Shown: positions 1 through 11,399 of the stretch, one piece after another
Numbering within the stretch: the first letter of the stretch is position 1
Layout: each line of letters opens with the position of its first letter
Source of the DNA: Raillietiella orientalis
Taxonomy: Eukaryota
Assembly (NCBI GenBank): GCA_036172245.1
Contig: JAYWIR010000013.1
Span: forward strand, 2,728,001 to 2,792,000
Length of the DNA stretch: 64,000 nt
Direction of reading: 5' to 3'
Translations under genes and position numbers: made by a program
The notes under the pieces: model-generated
The model's input: the letters and a program-made list of their open reading frames with translations, nothing else
What the model was told of the DNA's origin: nothing
Databases searched by the model: none

Positions 1-334
1 TCGCTCTGCCCCTTTTTATCCGATGCCCGCCTCTCCGAGGAGGTGGAGGACGGCTCCCGGATGTCTCCCCCCCGCCTTCCCTTCCGGCGGGTCGTCCTCG
101 CCTCGTCCCACGCTGAAGATCCTTTCCAGGCACGAAGGAGCGGTTTGGTTCGAAGGAGGCGCGGATCGCTGGTGGCCAGGCGAATCGGAACGCAGGCCCC
201 GGATGGATGGGAAGAGGGACCGGAAGGAAGGGGGGACGTTGGCCTCGCCTCCCCTCTTCCAGCAGCGCGATCGCCGGTCCCCTCCCGGTGGGGTTTCCTC
301 GACCAGTCCTCCCCTCTCCCTCGAAGAGGAGGCT
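1..334. repeat. Near-identical direct duplication of 55765-56098 (may extend beyond the window start)
   Basis: Offset is 55764, and one mismatch was seen by eye (position 146 T vs C). ORFs 23..517 and 55787..56137 match over their first ~100 aa apart from one residue. Confidence 0.95.
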
Positions 335-339
335 AGCCA

Positions 340-531
340 AAAACCCCTGTCCCCGCCCTCCCGTCTTGTTTCTATTTATTTATTGTTCCCTCGCTACGTT
401 CCCTACTTTTTCGGAAGCCGGCGTGAGTGCCAGTGGTCATCCTTAATGAACCCTTTTTTCGGAAGAAGGGGAGGGGGCGCATCTCTTGTATTGAGGGGAC
501 ACGATTCCCCCTATTGACTTGTTGTTTCTCT

Positions 532-563
<32 letters not shown>

Positions 564-592
564 AGCGTCCCGGCGTCACCGGGATGAAAGCC
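340..592 (+). mobile_element. L1/Tx1-like LINE, 3' UTR-only fragment
   Basis: Has the CCCTGTCCCC pyrimidine tract, the GGAAGCCGG..GGTCATCC..ATGAAC motif (413-453) and the terminal hairpin TCCCGG-CGTCA-CCGGGA (568-584), all shared with the copies ending at 16687, 29912 and 55678. Confidence 0.8.
538..562. repeat. (TA)n microsatellite
   Basis: Direct read; lies inside the LINE 3' end. Confidence 0.95.
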
Positions 593-1489
593 TCCTCCAA
601 AGCGGATAGTACGTTCTGCAATGCCTCCTCACCTCCGCACACGTCCACCAAAAGTCCAACCTCTGAAGCGAGAGGAGGGCGTGCTGACGTGCGGGCTGCT
701 GCCGTCGCACACGCCGAAGCAGGGGGGAAAAAAAATGAAGCGTTTCCTTTCCCGGTGTTTGTTCCCTCGGGAAACCGCGGTCAATGGACGGGAGTTTGGA
801 CTTCATGGAAGAACACGATGCTGCTGCAGCAAGCTTTGGAAGATTTTTTTCGCGGTCACTTTGCTACGAACCCGGCAGCTCCCAATGGAAGATTCTGTGA
901 TGGTTCCGTGGTTCCAAAAATTGGGAAAGAAAAGATAAAAGGAAAGAAAAGAAAAATGAGTGGGTTCCGTGGTTTGCCAAAAAAAAAAAAAACCGAAGTC
1001 CTTCGTGGGAAATTCGGCGCACTCCAAGGATGGGTCCCGAAATCTGCTCTTGCGCAGATCCAAGGATTTGCGCGGAACCGACAGAGTAGCAGAAATCCAC
1101 GCAAGAGAGTCACGCAGGGATGGGGGGGAAAACCGCGCTCCGCGAGGAATGCGAAGAGGGGCGGGAAGACGAAGACGAGCGCCGACCCCACGTTCGCCCG
1201 TCAGTCATCCCGGCATCGTCCGCGCTTCCCTGCAGACGAAGTGATGCTCTCTCGAAGAATTTGCTCCCAGTCGGCGCGACTTTCAAAGTGCCGACGCGCG
1301 CTGAGCGCGCACGCGTCAGGAGGGTGGACACCGGCCACGAGGCTGCTTCGCTCTTCAGCTGCAACCCTTTTTTTTTCTCCGCTGTCGCGAGGTGGTGGCT
1401 CGAGTTCCGGGAAAACGGGATGGGAGCTGAACCCGACTCACGCGATGCTCATTCGGGAGCGGGCTGAAGGGTAGGGGGGGGGGGGGGAG

Positions 1490-3750
1490 GGAGAGAGAGG
1501 ATACCCCACGAGGATTCTCTCCAAAGTCGAGGGACAGGAAGTTTGAAACTGCGCGTCCTTCGTTCGCAGTGACGACACAAATGAGGTTGCAGCTTGGAGC
1601 CGAGCTCACGAAAACAAGAAGGGGAATGAATTTTCGCGTCGAGGAGAAGCCACGAGTAGGGAACCGATCGATTCGTGGGCACACCGGGGTGTCGCATGGG
1701 CTCCGCGGGCCATTCCGAATCAGGAGGGATGAGAACCGAAGTCACTGAGAAAAAAAAGAGAGGAAGAGTGGAAGCAAAGGATCCCCGAAATGGAGCACCA
1801 TCTAGCCGGTCTCTCAGGAAGCATAGCAACCGAATCCTCGTTCCGGAAAGCTAGATGGACGTAGCTTTTCGTGATCCTTCGGGAATGACGGAGAAAATTC
1901 ACAAATTGCCTTTGAGATGGACGAAATCGTCCCGTGCGGATGCTTCGAGCTGCAGCACGGCTGAGGACAGGAAGGCGGTGATGGGGCGGCTACTCTTTTG
2001 CACAAACATACATCGCCCACGGTTCCAAGTTGTGGAAGGACAACATTCGAGGGTGGCTATTTAACAGGGTCGTTCCGGCGGATGCGTCGTGGGAGGGGCA
2101 GTCCGGCTGGACCCGCCTGGAGATCCCCAAGGGCAGGTACTTTAAGTACCTTGGTGTTCCGTTGGGCGTCTTCGGCGATGCCCAAGCGTGGTCAGGCTGC
2201 CTCCAGAAGGCTTAGTTGGTCCAGAGTCCGTTCCTTCATGGCAAGTTCTACTTGCCGGAACGGGCAGTCACTTGGAACACCTTTGTGGCCCCTCTCCTCT
2301 GCTCCCTGTTTTTTGTTTGTCTATCCCCCTACTTGGCCAAGCTCCGGGCGCAACGCTTGTTGAGGAACGCTCTGTGGGAGGTCCAGTGAGGTGCAGGATC
2401 CGCTTGAAATACTTGGAGGCATTGCGTCGGGATGCTGGCTTGGGCATCCAGATTCTGGAGCAAATCGGACTGCAAGGGCAGTTCTGAATGTTGGCACTCC
2501 GCTCCAAGCTGTGGACTTCCCCGATGAGTGCGCCTGCACGCATCATCCTGCAGAGATGCACCGGCAGCGAAGGACCGCTTTCGTTGCTGCCGGGCACCCG
2601 TTGCAAGATGGAAGGAATCGGCTTCCCCCTGAGGCAACTCGCCTCACTTCTAGAAGCCCACTCGTGGATCTCCTGCCTCCCAACGAACTTCAACTCCTGG
2701 CAGCAGGAGGTTGTTGAGTTCTGGGCTGCATTTCCGGGAATGCGCCCTGAAGATCTTTGCCCCCTGCGACACCTGTTGCCATGACCTCCGGAAGTGGTGA
2801 TGCAGGACGCGGTGAACGACGGCTGGAAGACGCGCGAGCTGGTGGATGCTGCCACCCCGCGTTCTGTGGCGACGGGACTCCTTCTTCGATGGGGCGAACT
2901 CTCGAGTGTTGCCCCTGAAGAACTTGTGGTTCCTCCCCATTGTGCGGACGGTTCGTGGTTCCAACTCGCCTGGAAACAGGCCGTACTGCTCTTCTTCATC
3001 CAGTGTACATTCCAGTGGGAGGAGAGACGGCACCGAGTTTCCGGAGAGGTTGCATCCTCGAACTGTGCCGGGTGCAGGTCGTAGACGGAATCGACGACCC
3101 CTCCGCACCTGCTCTTGGACCGCGGTGCCCTCCAAGGACTGTGGAGGAGGTTGGCAGCAGCAACCCCTGCATCAGGAAAACACGGCTCGAGGTGTGCGCT
3201 GCGACAGCTCTTCGCTCCAGGAGGACTCTCGAAGGGCGCTGTGATCTCAACCATGGGTTGCATCCATTCCATCGCTGCGGCCCGACTGGTGCTGGAAACC
3301 ACCACGCAGAGAAGAGAGGGGTCACCAGGGTGTCAACCACCTACATCAGGGAGGCTGCAAGGTGGCCTCATCTGGAAGAGGAAGCCAAGGAGATCACCGG
3401 AACCCACCGCCGCCTGATGGACGGTTAGGAGCGGCGAACCCAGTGACCCTTGTCCCCTCCCTCCCTTTTTCTTTTTTTTCGTTATTCCCCATCGCCGCTC
3501 CCTGTGTAACTTTTTCTCCGGTGCTATTTGTTCCTACGCCGGTAAACGCGGAACGAAACCGAAGATCCCCTGCCCCTTCCCACCCACTTTGTTTGTTTTC
3601 CTTGTCCCCTCGTCTCTCCCCCGTTCCGGCCTCCGTGCTCCCAGCCCGCGTGCCGGTGAACCCTCCCCTTTGTTTCTTGCTGGCCGGGAACTTTTGTTCC
3701 CGAATGGCGTGTTTTTTATAAAGAAAACGCCCCGGCGTGACCGGGTGAAA
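1490..3750 (+). mobile_element. Decayed 5'-truncated non-LTR retrotransposon (L1/Tx1-like ORF2: RT C-terminal half to zinc finger and 3' UTR)
   Basis: RT motif FKYLGVPLG at 2141-2167, DAGLGI at ~2431, zinc-finger remnant NCAGC..PHLLLD at ~3060-3125, terminal hairpin at 3731-3745. Many stops and frameshifts. The 5' boundary is approximate. Confidence 0.85.
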
Positions 3751-3752
3751 AA

Positions 3753-5473
3753 TTCAATCTGTGCAGCGAGTTTGACGTATATATACGTCACGTAAAAGCG
3801 CCACGGTGGTGCGGTTGACGAATACATACACAGTGTGAAAGAAAAATGGCTCTTTGCGATCCAGATACGAAATTTTAGTAAACAGTTAGAACAGTCCATT
3901 TAATTGTGGTATTTTCCTTATATTCTGATCAGGACTGTAATTAATTTTTAATCAAAACGTTTTTGAAGTGATGTAAGGTACGCCAACCAAACGAAAAATT
4001 CTTCTTTCTTTTTCTTTTTACATGCCCGGTTGGTTCGCATGCTTTTTCCATAATTGAGGCTTCAAGTGAGGAAAATGATCGTTTCCCTCGATGGAGGCTT
4101 CCATTATTTTCCTAAATCAAGGCTTCAAAGGATTCAAAGTTTTGGCAAAAAGTGATCTGTGTAAGATGGAAACGAAGATAACCAAAACATGACTTCAAGA
4201 AGCACAACTTCTAAAACTGAAACTGTCTGGAAGGGATGGCATCCAACACAAATGCAAAACCTTATGTATTCCACAACAAGGCATGTACGTTGAGGAATCC
4301 TTGTTGTCATGGAACGTGTACACGTACCTTCCAAAAGGAGTCGTTTGGGGATTTTTTCGTCTTATGCGAAAGTCCATCTGGACCGATTTGGAACTTCTGT
4401 GCATGCATTGGCCACATTACAGGAGGTGGTCAAAATGATCCTCAATAGAAGACGGCGACTCGCATCGTTCCTGTACTTTCTCGTGACCTATAAGGCCAGG
4501 GATGTAAATTGTATTTGGATAACTGGTACACAAGTATGGAAGTCGCACAGAAACTATGTACTTGTAAGACAGACACGATTGGTACAATGCGGCAGCAGAG
4601 ACTTGGTATTCCTGGAAAGCAACTTCTCTAAAGAAAAGTCAGTACATTGCAAGATAGAACAGCAAAATCGTGTTATGGAAGTGGCGGTACAGAAAAGAAA
4701 TGTACTGTTCCTCGGTACAATAGGTGGCGCCAGTGTGCCGGAGACAGAGAAACGGGGTGTTGTAAAAAGAAAGCTTGAAGTGGTTTTTGACTGTGGAAAA
4801 AATATGGGTGGAGTGGACAGGAGCGATGGCATAACCACAGCAGAGTATACTCTGGCAAGGGAGAGGTTAAAGAAGTGCTATTACAGGAAAATATTTCTCC
4901 TTCTTTTAGACGTTATGTGCTTGAATCCATATTTATTATATGGAAAAATAATTAAAACGATTAAATAATTCCTAAATAATGTATGTATTGAACAAATTAT
5001 TTAGGAATCTTCAGCTCAAGAAACTGTGACAGCTGGTCGACCAGCTGCAACTGCCAAACCTACACCATCGGAAACCATTTTCCACATTTCATACCACCTA
5101 CGTAATCAAGAAGCCACTGCTTTTTCGAGAAGGTGTATCATCGTGTGGTGTTCAAAAAATGGCATTCTCAAGGGAACACGGTGTTGGTGCTTAACCTGCG
5201 AGGTGCCACCCCGAGTCGTACCTGCCTTTGAAAAACATCGCGCTGCGAAATCAGATTGGATTTCTTACGAGCTTTTTCATCGTTCTTATGTATGGAGTTT
5301 CTTGTTTTCTGTACAATAGCGAAATTTCCACGAGTGGAATTCTTTGTTTTTTTTTTTTTTTTTCGCTCCTGTTGAAATTTGCAATTTAGCTGTGCATTTG
5401 CTATTCGTTTTTGCCAATTTTACTTACGCGCCCACAGATGGACTTTGGGAGAAAAAATGACTCGCTTAACGGG
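3753..5473 (+). mobile_element. Decayed, internally deleted piggyBac DNA transposon
   Basis: Transposase motifs in shifting frames: VPSKRSRLG, LCES.SG..WNF, LYLDNWYTS (~4510-4535), KNMGGVDRSD..Y..R.R.KK..YRKIF..LLD, and a C-terminal Cys-rich RRC..WC..C domain (5130-5240). Right end is ..GGG followed by TTAA (5474-5477). Left end is degenerate, with a subterminal palindrome. The region is AT-rich relative to its flanks. Confidence 0.9.
4300..5250 (+). pseudogene. piggyBac transposase pseudogene (DDD domain plus Cys-rich C-terminus)
   Basis: ORFs 4236..4448, 4309..4968 and 5026..5319 carry successive frameshifted pieces. Confidence 0.9.
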
Positions 5474-7076
5474 TTAAAAACTAAGGTTTCCTTTCCGATA
5501 GTTTGCAGGGGGAGTCGACAAGATTTCGAAACTAGCCGGCGGTCAAACACTCATCTCTTTGGAAAAAGTTGAAAGGCCCTGCGATAGCGACGCCTTCATC
5601 AGGGAAACCCGGAAGCGCTCGAAGACCTTAGACCAGTGCTGGAAAGGGTGACTCCCGCAACGCTGACCGGCAACGTGTGCTCTTGGCGTTGCCGTGAAGC
5701 CGCGTTCCCAGCGGCGACTTTTTCAGCCGCGCAATGGGCCGAGCAGAAATCTTGCGACTGACGTGGAAGGGCCTACTGCTTCGCGGGAAAGTGGACGAAG
5801 TCCCCCTCCCCCAACTCCTCGTCCCGCAGAGTCCTGTCTCCGGTCGTCTGGGGAGGAGGGAAATTCTTCCCTCTTCCTCAGACGCTGATGCCGTCATGAC
5901 TTGTTTGCTGTGAAGTCCGAGGTCCGAGAGCGGACCCGGGTGTTGGGCCGTGTGCAAGAAAGCGTAGGTGCGGCGACCCACAGTGGTTGTCAAAGGGCCC
6001 GCGTCACCTCGAGTGCGTGAGTCCGGGAGAGAGAAGAAGGCAGTAAACAAAAAGAAGCCGAAAGACTCTTTGAACCTGAGGAGTCAGAGCCAAGGAAACG
6101 CATCATTTTATCGAGTTTTCCCGTTCCGGATGCGACGCTGGAGCTCCGTTCGCAATGCGCGCTTTCACACGCGAGCGTGCCTCGGTTTCGTGTCCTCAGG
6201 GCATAGATTTCCCACTCCTCTTTCCTGGGGAAGTTTTTTTTTTTTTTTCCTCCAAGGATGCGTTGCTGCTCTCGTGGGTTCTCCTGGTGGATTTTCCGCC
6301 AAGCGAAAGGACGATCCACCAAACGGAAGGAAGTACAGCACTCGTCGTCTGAAGTCCGCGTGGACCTCCAGACGACGAGGCATGGATTTCTCCTTCTTGA
6401 CAGGTGCACGATAGAAAACACGGATACACGAGGGTGGTGACCTTCAGGGTTTCAGTGACGAGCAGCCTTTTTGTGGTTGCCTGGATACAACTGAAGGGAG
6501 AAGAGAGGGCGTTCTTTTGTCGAGGTCACGCAACAATCGTGCAAGAACAAGCGGAGGAAGAAGTCGGTGTCTGCTGTTGCTAATTTTGAGACGACTGCTG
6601 AAGGAAAGGATGAGATGAGTTACGGATGACCGCTACTCCCTGATCACTCACACGTCACTTGAAGCTGGACCCCCGAGATGCGTTGGTCAGAAAACAGATA
6701 GTGGGCTTAGAAACGGATTTCCCCTGCCGGGAGGACGCTGCTCAAGTCTCTTGAACTTGGTAAGTTCGGTGCTTAAGCTGTTAAGCAACAGGCCGACCTG
6801 TTAACTCCCATGCGAAGTCACCTATGGCTCCCTACGGGGAACCCTGGAACGGTGCCATGAAGATTTATGGATTTTTTTTTTTTTTCTTCCGATCCGGGGA
6901 GGGTTTGCTTTACACGTAAATGTTCTGGCGCATCGCTAATGCATGAGCAGGTGTCCTTAGGGAGGCTTCCGGAGGCTGAATCAACGACTCAGATCCGGAA
7001 GACTGGAGAGCGTTCTACGGGAAGCGTTTTGGGATATTTTCGTCTTGGGGATAAAAGGCTGGCTGCGCGCGTCTGA

Positions 7077-7720
7077 GGCCACGTGGCCGCTGAGGTCTAC
7101 GCGTGCGGCACCACCAAGCGTCTCGGGCTGGAATACTCTGCAAGAATGGAAGCCGAGAGATGGGGGTGCGTCGTGGGTTCGAGTTCCTCCCGCGAGATGA
7201 CTCTGGTCCGCCTACATCCATTCGGGTGCAGAACCGGTAGTTGTTCAAACCGGATGCCCCCGATGAGTGGTCGGGACAATGCGAGTCGACCTTCCGGGGT
7301 CCTTCCAGGAATCAAGGTGTGTGGGGGAACTTCCCCCTCCGGTTGTGCAAAGGATCCGTCCCTCCCCCCTCGTGGATGGACCCTCCGTCTCGTTACCATG
7401 GAGCTGGTAGATTAATGATGCCTCTCCAGAGTGCATAAAGAAGCGTGCCGCTCCCTTCGGGGTTCCCTTCAGGGGAGCAAACAAGAGTGGGTCCCTAGTG
7501 GGGGTTCCCTATGGAGAAGGAATTCCAGGAGCGGACCCCTGCAAAGGTCCCTCCGGAGAGAATAAGGAAGAGGAGATTCCCTTCGGGGTTCCCTTCGGAG
7601 ACAACCGGGATCGATGTTCCCTTGAGGGGACCCGTTCCCAGGCGGAAGAGGAACGGACTCCGAGCCGTTCCTGGATTCACAGGGCGATCTCCTCCTGGGA
7701 TACCCCCCCTATCTCGAAGA
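7077..7720 (+). mobile_element. tRNA-headed SINE-like element, longest copy
   Basis: A-box-like TGGCCGCTGAGG (7084-7095), a degenerate first B-box and a second B-box GGTTCGAGTTCC (7176-7187). Homologous to 37876-38146(-), 16688-16779(-) and 15110-15421(-). Confidence 0.7.
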
Positions 7721-7899
7721 ATCAACACTCATCCTCGGGTGGCGTGGAACAGCGAACCCCTGCGGTTCGCTCTCCCACTTCAGCGAGGAAGGCAGAGCAC
7801 TCTGTCCTCAGGTATCGAAAAGCGACGAAGACCCGCGCCAAAGACGGCTCAAGACAGAATCGTCGCAGAAAATCAGGCGACGACCCGTGACTCCTACGA

Positions 7900-8940
7900 C
7901 CGGACCGGCTGAGACCTCTTTCCTCCCGAAAGCCTGCTCTGGTCCATTCAAGGGGAGGAGATGAACTCTTTCAAAGCATTTCGCACATCTGGGCTGTTGC
8001 TGTTGTAGTTGTTCAACTCTGCCTGCCTTCAGTCTGGAACTTCCCCACTGCCTTCCACGTGCATGCCTCCTACCCGGGCCGCCCGAAAGAGAACGCGGAT
8101 GGGCCACGGACCCAGCCGGGGGTCCGAGCAGGGTTCCCACCTAAACTCAACGGAAGGACCATTGCGCGCTGGAGCGAGCTGCTGGGAATCCCACAGCAAG
8201 ACCTCGAGTAGCCCCCAGCACTGAAGAACCACCGGGCCCTCCCCCTGAAGTGGCAGCAGTCGGCGAACCTGCTGTTGCACTGAGGTCTCCCGTACAACGC
8301 CCGCCTCTCTCACTGGAACTGTGCACCCAAACTGCTCCAGGTGCGCGGAACAAGAATACCTTGCACGCCTGCTTGTAGACTGTGTTGCCCTCCGGCCCCT
8401 GTGGTTGCGCTACGCAACGGCCCTTGGTGAACCGACGAACAATCCCAGGGACGCCTCTTTGTGCGCGACGCCCTTTCGCCTGCCGCATCCCCAGCAGCTC
8501 TTTGCTGCTGCCTACGCGGCATTGCTGCGGTCTAGGGCTACGCGAGGGGAGGGCGGCGGCGCGACAGGGATGCCACCTGAGACGCCCTGAGCTCCATGAG
8601 GACAGCAGCAAGATGGTCCCACCGGGGGCATACTCGGATCGAGCTGCTGGGGATTTGAAGCATCGCCGGCATCCTGGAAAGGAAGCAGAGGACGCTTTCC
8701 AGCACCCGGTGTTCCCTTCCCAAGCCCTCCCAATTTTCGGTATACGTTTTTTTGTTTTAATTTTATCTTTGTTCCCTCACTCCGCTCCGCCGCCGCCGAG
8801 GCGAACCTCGCCGGCCTGCGTGCAGGCTGCTCGGCAGGTTCCGAGCATTTTCGGACAATGTAGAGACGATGGCCCTACACTTTGTGTGTGTGTTATCTTT
8901 TATAATAAAGGCCCCGGCGTTACTGGGGGGCGTTAAACCT
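7900..8940 (+). mobile_element. L1/Tx1-like LINE 3' fragment
   Basis: PLKWQQSANLLLH..HPNCSRCAEQEYLARLLVDCVALRPLW; AATAAA at 8904 followed by CCCCGG-CGTTA-CTGGGG. Confidence 0.8.
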
Positions 8941-10499
8941 GAACTCAACGGAGGTGCGGACTGCGGTAGAGCGCATGAGCGAACGAGTCGTGCACCAGTC
9001 GAGGAACCAAACGCAACCAGCCAGTAAACCCAAGGGACCACGCGAAGTGGGGCGTCCCTGGGGTCAGAGAGAAAGCGGCTACCGTGAGGTAGGAGGAGCC
9101 CCCGGCGCGTGAAGGGACGGAGAGAATCTGTGGAGTTGCGAAATTGGGTTTTCCTCCTGCTCCCTCGTTGCCACCGGAAAGGAACTGCGGGTTGCCGGTG
9201 GTGAGCTTTTCTTCCTCGTCATCTTGCAGGGGTGCGAAATTTTGCAAGTGCGTAGGGAGCACTTGCCACCCACTCACCCTTCCCTTTAGTGATTCCCATT
9301 TCTCTTCTCGGGTAATTCGATAATCTTTTTGCGTGTTTTTTTTTTTTTTTTTTGCTTGTTCGGTCTCTGCTGCATCAGCATGGATGATGTGAATGATCTT
9401 CTGACCTTCCATCTTTATTCCGATGGAAAACCGTCGTTTTCCTTTGCGACACTAATCACCGCTCGCCTTTCTCATTTCGAACTGAATGGTGTGGACCCGC
9501 CTTTCTTTCCGGTATGGGTCCTTCAAACAAAGGATACCAACGCTCGGCTTCCATCGTTAAGTTGCCATGGTCAGAAGGGATGTGGAGCTCGGTGCCTGGC
9601 GATGAGAGAGCATTTCTTCCTTTGCAAGGGACACTTTTGTGGTCCGCAAGCGTTTACCCCATGTGACCCTGTGAGAGCGTCTCGCTTGCATTTGCTCCAA
9701 GGTGCACTTCCCTAAAAGGCGATCCGCTGACGCGATCCTGAACCTCTCCCTCCTCGGGAAGACTTTCTTCCGCTATGGCAGCTGGAACAGCTGACCGCCG
9801 GCGTAGTGGTGGATTTTCAACAACTCCAAGGCGTGGCCGCCTCGTGCCTCGTTTCGCTAGAGGACTGGCCGTCGTTCCATCTGCTCGAGGTGGTACATCT
9901 CCTACGAGAGACGTTTCGATATTCCAAACCAGCGAGCCATAACGACCCTCTTGATTGATGAGCATCCTGAGGCTGGGACGAAGCCATGCGTTGCGGAAGA
10001 CCGCACTGGACTTTCAGCCGTTTTCTTAATAGCAGGGACCGCCTACGCTTCGCAGACTTGAGATCCACATGTGTATCGCACATCTCTGTCTGTTGCCCAT
10101 CCCTGAACCAGCTACGTAGCAGACGGGAGAATCCGTTCTTACCGACGATGACCAAAAGGAAGTGAGACGCCGCAGGACAAGTCTTGATTGAATTACTGAG
10201 AGCGGCACCTGCGCCCCTATGCCAGGAGGCGTGACGTCTTGATACCTGTTGCATCAGGAAGGATACTCGTGCACGATGAGTGACCCTGGACTGCGGCCGA
10301 GAGACACTCGATGTGGAGTCGGCAACACTGCGAACTAATCCCATCCCGGGAAAAGTGCACCTCGTCATCTTATTCAATGCATGCTGCCCTTCAAGAACCA
10401 TTCAAGAAGGAACCTGAAGGAGAATAAAGAAAAATGACTACACTTCGAGCGTTTCCTTCCACTTTCGGAAACCCAGGAGTCATCTCACGCCATCAACAT

Positions 10500-11370
10500 T
10501 GTGACACTGAGTTCTTGGGATTTTAAGAGAGATGGTGCTTCCTGCAAAAGCTCGAAATTTCGAGAATGTACGCAAACCAGCTCTTTTTGAATGAGCAGAG
10601 GGGATCAGATGGAAGGAAGACGTCGGAATGCATTCTTCGCCATCTTCGTGCCCCGTCCGCTTTCCCAGCACGCCCTTGCGCAAGTTACGGTATCTCCTCC
10701 AAAAATGCTCCGTCCGCAGCATCCTCGTCAGTCCTCTTGGGCGTCGGGGCCGTGGGCTAATCGTTCATCGGCGGCAGCATATGCTCCAAGCCATGGGTCC
10801 AATGTGAGCCGCGACTATTCTGGGTGCTGGAGGCAACCAGAAGGCATGGACGCGAAACCTCCGGATCTCGCGTCGCCTCTTCACTCTAGGCATCCCGGGA
10901 CCATGGAAAGCGGACGCTGGCGCTCGAACGCGGTTCCTCGAACATGCTTCGTCTCCAGGGAGGTGTGTAGCGATGTCTCGCTCTCTCTCCGCACCTGGAT
11001 CGTGTTGCCCTCCGGCCCGTCTGCGAACGCTTTTTGCGACCCTAGGAACCCACGGCGGCCACGCCAGGAACGCGTTGAGACCTTCCTCGCACGCGGCGCA
11101 CTTCAGCTGCTGTCAGCCTCGCTGGCAGCTCTCTGCTGCTGCCATCTTGCCGGAATGCTGCTGCCCTCAGGACTCCCCCCGGGAGTCCCCGGGTGCGGTG
11201 ATGCCTGCGGGCGTTGCAGCTCTGGGAGACCCCAGAGCAGCGGCATCGCATCGACGCAGGCTCCTGCCACTTCAAAGTAAGGGTGCGGGTGTCCAAGAGG
11301 ACCGGGGATCACTGCAGATCCTCCTTCTATCTGTATTTGGTCTTTTTTCTTTCTCGAGCACTCCTGAATG
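10500..11370 (+). mobile_element. Highly decayed LINE 3' fragment
   Basis: PHLDRVALRP remnant and nucleotide similarity to 8380-8700; no terminal hairpin visible. Confidence 0.55.
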
Positions 11371-11399
11371 CGTCGCGGGCGCCTCTCGAAAGCGAGGGA

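Noticed and set aside
561..590. Helitron 3' end or bacterial terminator for the terminal hairpin
   Set aside because: There is no CTRR end or U-tract, and the hairpin is always attached to LINE sequence.
584..1474. 296-aa ORF, and similar GC-rich ORFs such as 38030..39001 and 19805..20683
   Set aside because: They run through homopolymers and microsatellites and have no motifs. Such ORFs are expected by chance at this GC content.
7259..7300. Hammerhead/retrozyme core in the SINE-like element (CCGATGAG)
   Set aside because: The core is CCGATGA in both copies, with no downstream GAAA box.
7720..8940. SINE plus LINE tail as a single chimeric element (also 14680-15421)
   Set aside because: The sequences following the two SINE-like copies are not similar to each other, so the adjacency is probably coincidental.
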